From contig OZ059899.1 in assembly GCA_964057225.1 (NCBI GenBank), positions 620,001-684,000 on the forward strand: a DNA stretch of 64,000 bases, given 5' to 3'. The DNA is from Auanema rhodensis. Taxonomy: Eukaryota; Animalia; Nematoda. Positions 1 to 10,911 of this stretch are shown piece after piece. The position numbers and the translations under genes are program-made. Each line of letters begins with the position of its first letter. Within the stretch, counting starts at the first letter, position 1. The notes under the pieces were generated by a model. That model ran no database searches. It saw only the letters and a program-made list of their open reading frames with translations, and was not told the DNA's origin.

Positions 1-880
1 GAAAACCGCATCTCTTTATCTTTCACGTGAAGCGAGTTACATACCAAGGGCACATCACGTGTACATTTAATTAGCATAAATTAAAGTTCACGTAAATTTC
101 AAAGTCATGGTTACCATGCACCAATATCAATAAAAATTTGTTTTTAGACTAATATGGACATGGGGAATCTAATTTTGAAAACCGCATCTCTTTATCTTTC
201 ACGTGAAGCGAGTTACATACCAAGTGCACATCACGTGTACATTTAATTAGCATAAATTAAAGTTCACGTGAATTTCAAAGTCATGGTTACCATGCACAAA
301 TATCAATAAAAATTTGTTTTTAGACTAATATGGACATGGGGAATCTAATTTTGAAAACCGCATCTCTTTATCTTTCACGTGAAGCGAGTTACATACCAAG
401 TGCACATCACGTGTACATTTAATTAGCATAAATTAAAGTTCACGTAAATTTCAAAGTCATGGTTACCATGCACCAATATCAATAAAAATTTGTTTTTAGA
501 CTAATATGGACATGGGGAATCTAATTTTGAAAACCGCATCTCTTTATCTTTCACGTGAAGCGAGTTACATACCAAGTGCACATCACGTGTACATTTAATT
601 AGCATAAATTAAAGTTCACGTAAATTTCAAAGTCATGGTTACCATGAACCAATATCAATAAAAATTTGTTTTTAGACTAATATGGACATGGGGAATCTAA
701 TTTTGAAAACCGCATCTCTTTATCGTTCACGTGAAGCGAGTTACATACCAAGTGCACATCACGTGTACATTTAATTAGCATAAATTAAAGTTCACGTAAA
801 TTTCAAAGTCATGGTTACCATGCACCAATATCAATAAAAATTTGTTTTTAGACTAATATGGACATGGGGAATCTAATTTT

Positions 881-972
881 GAAAACCGCATCTCTTTATC
901 TTTCACGTGAAGCGAGTTACATACCAAGTGCACATCACTTTAGACTAATATGGACATGGGGAATCTAATTTT
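881..972. repeat. Truncated 92-bp monomer (84-bp deletion of monomer positions 59-142)
   Basis: Junction CACATCAC|TTTAGACT at 938/939; monomer starts at 881 and 973. No microhomology or filler. Single copy. Confidence 0.95.
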
Positions 973-3900
973 GAAAACCGCATCTCTTTATCGTTCACGT
1001 GAAGCGAGTTACATACCAAGTGCACATCACGTGTACATTTAATTAGCATAAATTAAAGTTCACGTAAATTTCAAAGTCATGGTTACCATGCACCAATATC
1101 AATAAAAATTTGTTTTTAGACTAATATGGACATGGGGAATCTTATTTTGGAAACCGAATCTCTTTATCTTTCACGTGAAGCGAGTTACATACCAAGTGCA
1201 CATCACGTGTACATTTAATTAGCATAAATTGAAGTTCACGTAAATTTCAAAGTCATGGTTACCATGAACCAATATCAATAAAAATTTGTTTTTAGACTAA
1301 TATGGACATGGGGAATCTAATTTTGAAAACCGCATCTCTTTATCTTTCACGTGAAGCGAGTTACATACCAAGTGCACATCACGTGTACATTTAATTAGCA
1401 TAAATTAAAGTTCACGTAAATTTCAAAGTCATGGTTACCATGCACCAATATCAATAAAAAATTTTTTTTAGACTAATATGGACATGGGGAATCTAATTTT
1501 GAAAACCGCATCTCTTTATCTTTCACGTGAAGCGAGTTACATACCAAGTGCACATCACGTGTACATTTAATTAGCATAAATTAAAGTTCACGTAAATTTC
1601 AAAGTCATGGTTACCAAGCACCAATATCAATAAAAATTTGTTTTTAGACTAATATGGACATGGGGAATCTAATTTTGAAAACCGCATCTCTTTATCTTTC
1701 ACGTGAAGCGAGTTACATACCAAGGGCACATCACGTGTACATTTAATTAGCATAAATTAAAGCTCACGTAAATTTCAAAGTCATGGTTACCATGCACCAA
1801 TATCAATAAAAATTTGTTTTTAGACTAATATGGACATGGGGAATCTAATTTTGAAAACCGCATCTCTTTATCTTTCACGTGAAGCGAGTTACATACCAAG
1901 TGCACATCACGTGTACATTTAATTAGCATAAATTAAAGTTCACGTAAATTTCAAAGTCATGGTTACCATGAACCAATATCAATAAAAATTTGTTTTTAGA
2001 CTAATATGGACATGGGGAATCTAATTTTGAAAACCGCATCTCTTTATCTTTCACGTGAAGCGAGTTACATACCAAGGGCACATCACGTGTACATTTAATT
2101 AGCATAAATTAAAGTTCACGTAAATTTCAAAGTCATGGTTACCATGCACCAATATCAATAAAAATTTGTTTTTAGACTAATATGGACATGGGGAATCTAA
2201 TTTTGAAAACCGCATCTCTTTATCTTTCACGTGAAGCGAGTTACATACCAAGTGCACATCACGTGTACATTTAATTAGCATAAATTAAAGTTCACGTAAA
2301 TTTCAAAGTCATGGTTACCATGCACCAATATCAATAAAAATTTGTTTTTAGACTAATATGGACATGGGGAATCTAATTTTTAAAACCGCATCTCTTTATC
2401 TTTCACGTGAAGCGAGTTACATACCAAGGGCACATCACGTGTACATTTAATTAGCATAAATTAAAGTTCACGTAAATTTCAAAGTCATGGTTATCATGCA
2501 CCAATATCAATAAAAATTTGTTTTTAGACTAATATGGACATGGGGAATCTAATTTTGAAAACCGCATCTCTTTATCTTTCACGTGAAGCGAGTTACATAC
2601 CAAGGGCACATCACGTGTACATTTAATTAGCATAAATTAAAGTTCACGTAAATTTCAAAGTCATGGTTACCATGCACCAATATCAATAAAAATTTGTTTT
2701 TAGACTAATATGGACATGGGGAATCTAATTTTGAAAACCGCATCTCTTTATCTTTCACGTGAAGCGAGTTACATACCAAGTGCACATCACGTGTACATTT
2801 AATTAGCATAAATTAAAGTTCACGTAAATTTCAAAGTCATGGTTACCATGAACCAATATCAATAAAAATTTGTTTTTAGACTAATATGGACATGGGGAAT
2901 CTAATTTTGAAAACCGCATCTCTTTATCTCTCACGTGAAGCGAGTTACATACCAAGGGCACATCACGTGTACATTTAATTAGCATAAATTGAAGTTCACG
3001 TAAATTTCAAAGTCATGGTTACCATGAACCAATATCAATAAAAATTTGTTTTTAGACTAATATGGACATGGGGAATCTAATTTTGAAAACCGCATCTCTT
3101 TATCTTTCACGTGAAGCGAGTTACATACCAAGTGCACATCACGTGTACATTTAATTAGCATAAATTAAAGTTCACGTAAATTTCAAAGTCATGGTTACCA
3201 TGAACCAATATCAATAAAAATTTGTTTTTAGACTAATATGGAGATGGGGAATCTAATTTTGAAAACCGCATCTCTTTATCTTTCACGTGAAGCGAGTTAC
3301 ATACCAAGTGCACATCACGTGTACATTTAATTAGCATAAATTAAAGTTCACGTGAATTTCAAAGTCATGGTTACCATGCACAAATATCAATAAAAATTTG
3401 TTTTTAGACTAATATGGACATGGGGAATCTAATTTTGAAAACCGCATCTCTTTATCTTTCACGTGAAGCGAGTTACATACCAAGTGCACATCACGTGTAC
3501 ATTTAATTAGCATAAATTAAAGTTCACGTAAATTTCAAAGTCATGGTTACCATGAACCAATATCAATAAAAATTTGTTTTTAGACTAATATGGACATGGG
3601 TAATCTAATTTTGAAAACCGCATCTCTTTATCTTTCACGTGAAGCGAGTTACATACCAAGTGCACATCACGTGTACATTTAATTAGCATAAATTAAAGTT
3701 CACGTAAATTTCAAAGTCATGGTTACCATGAACCAATATCAATAAAAATTTGTTTTTAGACTAATATGGACATGGGGAATCTAATTTTGAAAACCGCATC
3801 TCTTTATCGTTCACGTGAAGCGAGTTACATACCAAGTGCACATCACGTGTACATTTAATTAGCATAAATTAAAGTTCACGTAAATTTCAAAGTCATGGTT

Positions 3901-6900
3901 ACCATGCACCAATATCAATAAAAATTTGTTTTTAGACTAATATGGACATGGGGAATCTAATTTTGGAAACCGCATCTCTTTATCTTTCACGTGAAGCGAG
4001 TTACATACCAAGTGCACATCACGTGTACATTTAATTAGCATAAATTGAAGTTCACGTAAATTTCAAAGTCATGGTTACCATGAACCAATATCAATAAAAA
4101 TTTGTTTTTAGACTAATATGGACATGGGGAATCTAATTTTGAAAACCGCATCTCTTTATCTTTCACGTGAAGCGAGTTACATACCAAGTGCACATCACGT
4201 GTACATTTAATTAGCATAAATTAAAGTTCACGTAAATTTCAAAGTCATGGTTACCATGCACCAATATCAATAAAAATTTTTTTTTAGACTAATATGGACA
4301 TGGGGAATCTAATTTTGAAAACCGCATCTCTTTATCTTTCACGTGAAGCGAGTTACATACCAAGTGCACATCACGTGTACATTTAATTAGCATAAATTAA
4401 AGTTCACGTAAATTTCAAAGTCATGGTTACCAAGCACCAATATCAATAAAAATTTGTTTTTAGACTAATATGGACATGGGGAATCTAATTTTGAAAACCG
4501 CATCTCTTTATCTTTCACGTGAAGCGAGTTACATACCAAGGGCACATCACGTGTACATTTAATTAGCATAAATTAAAGTTCACGTAAATTTCAAAGTCAT
4601 GGTTACCATGCACCAATATCAATAAAAATTTGTTTTTAGACTAATATGGACATGGGGAATCTAATTTTGAAAACCGCATCTCTTTATCTTTCACGTGAAG
4701 CGAGTTACATACCAAGTGCACACCACGTGTACATTTAATTAGCATAAATTAAAGTTCACGTAAATTTCAAAGTCATGGTTACCATGAACCAATATCAATA
4801 AAAATTTGTTTTTAGACTAATATGGACATGGGGAATCTAATTTTGAAAACCGCATCTCTTTATCGTTCACGTGAAGCGAGTCACATACCAAGTGCACATC
4901 ACGTGTACATTTAATTAGCATAAATTAAAGTTCACGTAAATTTCAAAGTCATGGTTACCATGAACCAATATCAATAAAAATTTGTTTTTAAACTAATATG
5001 GACATGGGGAATCTAATTTTGAAAACCGCATCTCTTTATCTTTCACGTGAAGCGAGTTACATACCAAGTGCACATCACGTGTACATTTAATTAGCATTAA
5101 TTGAAGTTCACGTAAATTTCAAAGTCATGGTTACCATGAACCAATATCAATAAAAATTTGTTTTTAGACTAATATGGACATGGGGAATCTAATTTTGAAA
5201 ACCGCATCTCTTTATCTTTCACGTGAAGCGAGTTACATACCAAGTGCACATCACGTGTACATTTAATTAGCATAAATTAAAGTTCACGTAAATTTCAAAG
5301 TCATGGTTACCATGAACCAATATCAATAAAAATTTGTTTTTAGACTAATATGGACATGGGGAATCTAATTTTGAAAACCGCATCTCTTTATCTTTCACGT
5401 GAAGCGAGTTACATACCAAGTGCACATCACGTGTACATTTAATTAGCATAAATTAAAGTTCACGTAAATTTCAAAGTCATGGTTACCATGAACCAATATC
5501 AATAAAAATTTGTTTTTAGACTAATATGGACATGGGGAATCTAATTTTGAAAACCGCATCTCTTTATCTTTCACGTGAAGCGAGTTACATACCAAGTGCA
5601 CATCACGTGTACATTTAATTAGCATAAATTGAAGTTCACGTAAATTTCAAAGTCATGGTTACCATGAACCAATATCAATAAAAATTTGTTTTTAGACTAA
5701 TATGGACATGGGGAATCTAATTTTGAAAACCGCATCTCTTTATCTTTCACGTGAAGCGAGTTACATACCAAGTGCACATCACGTGTACATTTAATTAGCA
5801 TAAATTAAAGTTCACGTAAATTTCAAAGTCATGGTTACCATGAACCAATATCAATAAAAATTTGTTTTTAGACTAATATGGACATGGGGAATCTAATTTT
5901 GAAAACCGCATCTCTTTATCTCTCACGTGAAGCGAGTTACATACCAAGGGCACGTCACGTGTACATTTAATTAGCATAAATTGAAGTTCACGTAAATTTC
6001 AAAGTCATGGTTACCATGAACCAATATCAATAAAAATTTGTTTTTAGACTAATATGGACATGGGGAATCTAATTTTGAAAACCGCATCTCTTTATCGTTC
6101 ACGTGAAGCGAGTTACATACCAAGTGCACATCACGTGTACATTTAATTAGCATAAATTAAAGTTCACGTAAATTTCAAAGTCATGGTTACCATGCACCAA
6201 TATCAATAAAAATTTGTTTTTAGACTAATATGGACATGGGGAATCTAATTTTGGAAACCGAATCTCTTTATCTTTCACGTGAAGCGAGTTACATACCAAG
6301 TGCACATCACGTGTACATTTAATTAGCATAAATTGAAGTTCACGTAAATTTCAAAGTCATGGTTACCATGAACCAATATCAATAAAAATTTGTTTTTAGA
6401 CTAATATGGACATGGGGAATCTAATTTTGAAAACCGCATCTCTTTATCTTTCACGTGAAGCGAGTTACATACCAAGTGCACATCACGTGTACATTTAATT
6501 AGCATAAATTAAAGTTCACGTAAATTTCAAAGTCATGGTTACCATGCACCAATATCAATAAAAATTTGTTTTTAGACTAATATGGACATGGGGAATCTAA
6601 TTTTGAAAACCGCATCTCTTTATTTTTCACGTTAAGCGAGTTACATACCAAGTGCACATCACGTGTACATTTAATTAGCATAAATTAAAGTTCACGTAAA
6701 TTTCAAAGTCATGGTTACCATGCACCAATATCAATAAAAATTTGTTTTTAGACTAATATGGACATGGGGAATCTAATTTTGAAAACCGCATCTCTTCATC
6801 TTTCACGTGAAGCGAGTTACATACCAAGTGCACATCACGTGTACATTTAATTAGCATAAATTAAAGTTCACGTAAATTTCAAAGTCATGGTTACCATGCA

Positions 6901-9900
6901 CCAATATCAATAAAAATTTGTTTTTAGACTAATATGGACATGGGGAATCTAATTTTGAAAACCGCATCTCTTTATCTTTCACGTGAAGCGAGTTACATAC
7001 CAAGTGCACATCACGTGTACATTTAATTAGCATAAATTAAAGTTCACGTAAATTTCAAAGTCATGGTTACCATGAACCAATATCAATAAAAATTTGTTTT
7101 TAGACTAATATGGACATGGGGAATCTAATTTTGAAAACCGCATCTCTTTATTTTTCACGTGAAGCGAGTTACATACCAAGTGCACATCACGTGTACATTT
7201 AATTAGCATAAATTAAAGTTCACGTAACTTTCAAAGTCATGGTTACCATGCACCAATATCAATAAAAATTTGTTTTTAGACTAATATGGACATGGGGAAT
7301 CTAATTTTGAAAACCGCATCTCTTTATCTTTCACGTGAAGCGAGTTACATACCAAGTGCACATCACGTGTACATTTAATTAGCATAAATTAAAGTTCACG
7401 TAAATTTCAAAGTCATGGTTACCATGAAGCAATATCAATAAAAATTTGTTCTGAGACTAATATGGACATGGGGAATCTAATTTTGAAAACCGCATCTCTT
7501 TATCTTTCACGTGAAGCGAGTTACATACCAAGTGCACATCACGTGTACATTTAATTAGCATAAATCAAAGTTCACGTAAATTTCAAAGTCATGGTTACCA
7601 TGAACCAATATCAATAAAAATTTGTTTTTAGACTAATATGGACATGGGGAATCTAATTTTGAAAACCGCATCTCTTTATCTTTCACGTGAAGCGAGTTAC
7701 ATACCAAGTGCACATCACGTGTACATTTAATTAGCATAAATTAAAGTTCACGTAAATTTCAAAGTCATGGTTACCATGAAGCAATATCAATAAAAATTTG
7801 TTTTTAGACTAATATGGACATGGGGAATCTAATTTTGAAAACCGCATCTCTTTATCTTTCACGTGAAGCGAGTTACATACCAAGTGCACATCACGTGTAC
7901 ATTTAATTAGCATTAATTAAAGTTCACGTAAATTTCAAAGTCATGGTTACCATGAACCAATATCAATAAAAATTTGTTTTTAGACTAATATGGACATGGG
8001 GAATCTAATTTTGAAAACCTCATCTCTTTATCTTTCACGTGAAGCGAGTTACATACCAAGTGCACATCACGTGTACATTTAATTAGCATAAATTAAAGTT
8101 CACGTAAATTTCAAAGTCATGGTTACCATGAACTAATATCAATAAAAATTTGTTTTTAGACTAATATGGACATGGGGAATCTAATTTTGAAAACCGCATC
8201 TCTTTATCTTTCACGTGAAGCGAGTTACATACCAAGTGCACATCACGTGTACATTTAATTAGCATAAATTAAAGTTCACGTAAATTTCAAAGTCATGGTT
8301 ACCATGAACCAATATCAATAAAAATTTGTTTTTAGACTAATATGGACATGGGGAATCTAATTTTGAAAACCGCATCTCTTTATCTTTCACGTGAAGCGAG
8401 TTACATACCAAGTGCACATCACGTGTACATTTAATTAGCATAAATTAAAGTTCACGTAAATTTCAAAGTCATGGTTACCATGAACCAATATCAATAAAAA
8501 TTTGTTTTTAGACTAATATGGACATGGGGAATCTAATTTTGAAAACCGCATCTCTTTATCTTTCACGTGAAGCGAGTTACATACCAAGTGCACATCACGT
8601 GTACATTTAATTAGCATAAATTAAAGTTCACGTAAATTTCAAAGTCATGGTTACCATGCACCAATATCAATAAAAATTTGTTTTTAGACTAATATGGACA
8701 TGGGGAATCTAATTTTGAAAACCGCATCTCTTTATCTTTCACGTGAAGCGAGTTACATACCAAGTGCACATCACGTGTACATTTAATTAGCATAAATTAA
8801 AGTTCACGTAAATTTCAAAGTCATGGTTACCATGAACCAATATCAATAAAAATTTGTTTTTAGACTAATATGGACATGGGGAATCTAATTTTGAAAACCG
8901 CATCTCTTGATCGTTCACGTGAAGCGAGTTACATACCAAGTGCACATCACGTGTACATTTAATTAGCATAAATTAAAGTTCACGTAAATTTCAAAGTCAT
9001 GGTTACCATGCACCAATATCAATAAAAATTTGTTTTTAGACTAATATGGACATGGGGAATCTAATTTTGGAAACCGAATCTCTTTATCTTTCACGTGAAG
9101 CGAGTTACATACCAAGAGCACATCACGTGTACATTTAATTAGCATAAATTGAAGTTCACGTAAATTTCAAAGTCATGGTTACCATGAACCAATATCAATA
9201 AAAATTTGTTTTTAGACTAATATGGACATGGGGAATCTAATTTTGAAAACCGCATCTCTTTATCTTTCACGTGAAGCGAGTTACATATCAAGTGCACATC
9301 ACGTGTACATTTAATTAGCATAAATTAAAGTTCACGTAAATTTCAAAGTCATGGTTACCATGCACCAATATCAATAAAAATTTGTTTTTAGACTAATATG
9401 GACATGGGGAATCTAATTTTGAAAACCGCATCTCTTTATCTTTCACGTGAAGCGAGTTACATACCAAGTGCACATCACGTGTACATTTAATTAGCATAAA
9501 TTAAAGTTCACGTAAATTTCAAAGTCATGGTTACCATGAACCAATATCAATAAAAATTTGTTTTTAGACTAATATGGACATGGGGAATCTAATTTTGAAA
9601 ACCGCATCTCTTTATTTTTCACGTGAAGCGAGTTACATACCAAGTGCACATCACGTGTACATTTAATTAGCATAAATTAAAGTTCACGTAACTTTCAAAG
9701 TCATGGTTACCATGCACCAATATCAATAAAAATTTGTTTTTAGACTAATATGGACATGGGGAATCTAATTTTGAAAACCGCATCTCTTTATCTTTCACGT
9801 GAAGCGAGTTACATACCAAGTGCACATCACGTGTACATTTAATTAGCATAAATTAAAGTTCACGTAAATTTCAAAGTCATGGTTACCATGCACCAATATC

Positions 9901-10713
9901 AATAAAAATTTGTTTTTAGACTAATATGGACATGGGGAATCTGATTTTGAAAACCGCATCTCTTTATCTTTCACGTGAAGCGAGTTACATACCAAGTGCA
10001 CATCACGTGTACATTTAATTAGCATAAATTAAAGTTCACGTAAATTTCAAAGTCATGGTTACCATGCACCAATATCAATAACAATTTGTTTTTAGACTAA
10101 TATGGACATGGGGAATCTAATTTTGAAAACCGCATCTCTTTATCTTTCACGTGAAGCGAGTTACATACCAAGTGCACATCACGTGTACATTTAATTAGCA
10201 TAAATTGAAGTTCACGTAAATTTCAAAGTCATGGTTACCATGAACCAATATCAATAAAAATTTGTTTTTAGACTAATATGGACATGGGGAATCTAATTTT
10301 GAAAACCGCATCTCTTTATCTTTCACGTGAAGCGAGTTACATACCAAGTACACATCACGTGTACATTTAATTAGCATAAATTAAAGTTCACGTAAATTTC
10401 AAAGTCATGGTTACCATGCACCAATATCAATAAAAATTTGTTTTTAGACTAATATGGACATGGGGAATCTAATTTTGAAAACCGCATCTCTTTATCTTTC
10501 ACGTGAAGCGAGTTACATACCAAGTGCACATCACGTGTACATTTAATTAGCATAAATTAAAGTTCACGTAAATTTCAAAGTCATGGTTACCATGAACCAA
10601 TATCAATAAAAATTTGTTTTTAGACTAATATGGACATGGGGAATCTAATTTTGAAAACCGCATCTCTTTATCTTTCACGTGAAGCGAGTTACATACCAAG
10701 TGCACATCACGTG

Positions 10714-10911
10714 AACCTTATAACCTGTGATTCGAACTTATAACCTGTGATTCGAACTATAACCTGTGATTCGAACCTATAACCTGTGATTCGAACGTAT
10801 AACCTGTGATTCGAACGTATAACCTGTGATTCGAACTTATAACCTGTGATTCGAACTTATAACCTGTGATTCGAACTTATAACCTGTGATTCGAACAATA
10901 AACCCGTTCAA
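10714..10911. other. 198-bp non-satellite insertion with apparent 5-bp target-site duplication (ACGTG at 10709-10713 and 10912-10916)
   Basis: The normal CATC-ACGTG-TACATTT reads CATC-ACGTG-[AACCTTATAACC...AATAAACCCGTTCAA]-ACGTG-TACATTT. Flanking monomer starts are 10653 and 11032 (379 = 176+198+5). Confidence 0.95.
10718..10896. repeat. Minisatellite inside the insertion: 9 units of (N)TATAACCTGTGATTCGAAC, 19-20 bp
   Basis: Units start at 10718, 10738, 10758 (19 bp), 10777, 10797, 10817, 10837, 10857 and 10877. The 19-nt core is identical in all nine. Confidence 0.97.

Noticed and set aside
128-133. AATAAA polyadenylation signal in each monomer
   Set aside because: Expected by chance in AT-rich DNA, and there is no transcription unit to support it.
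1-176. Identification as a known 176-bp satellite (Brassica CentBr, honeybee AluI family)
   Set aside because: Only the length agrees. I do not recognise sequence similarity, and the consensus lacks AGCT/AAGCTT sites. A database search is needed.
54-176. Budding-yeast point centromere (CDEI match followed by AT-rich DNA)
   Set aside because: The downstream DNA is not a >90% AT CDEII, there is no convincing CDEIII, and point centromeres are not tandemly arrayed.
10731-10895. Heat-shock elements (TTC/GAA)
   Set aside because: An HSE needs TTCnnGAA spacing; here it is TTCGAA with no gap.
10718-10896. CRISPR array (identical short repeats with variable intervening bases)
   Set aside because: The intervening sequence is only 0-2 nt, with no spacers, leader or cas genes, and the context is eukaryote-like satellite.
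10718-10896. tRNA gene
   Set aside because: Only a T-loop-like motif is present, with no complementary T-stem, D arm, anticodon arm or acceptor stem.
10712-10910. Solo LTR or MITE call based on TG...CA ends, 5-bp inverted termini and AATAAA
   Set aside because: This parse needs a mismatched TSD (CACG/AACG), the inverted match is only 5 bp, and the body is almost entirely minisatellite. Kept only as an alternative hypothesis.
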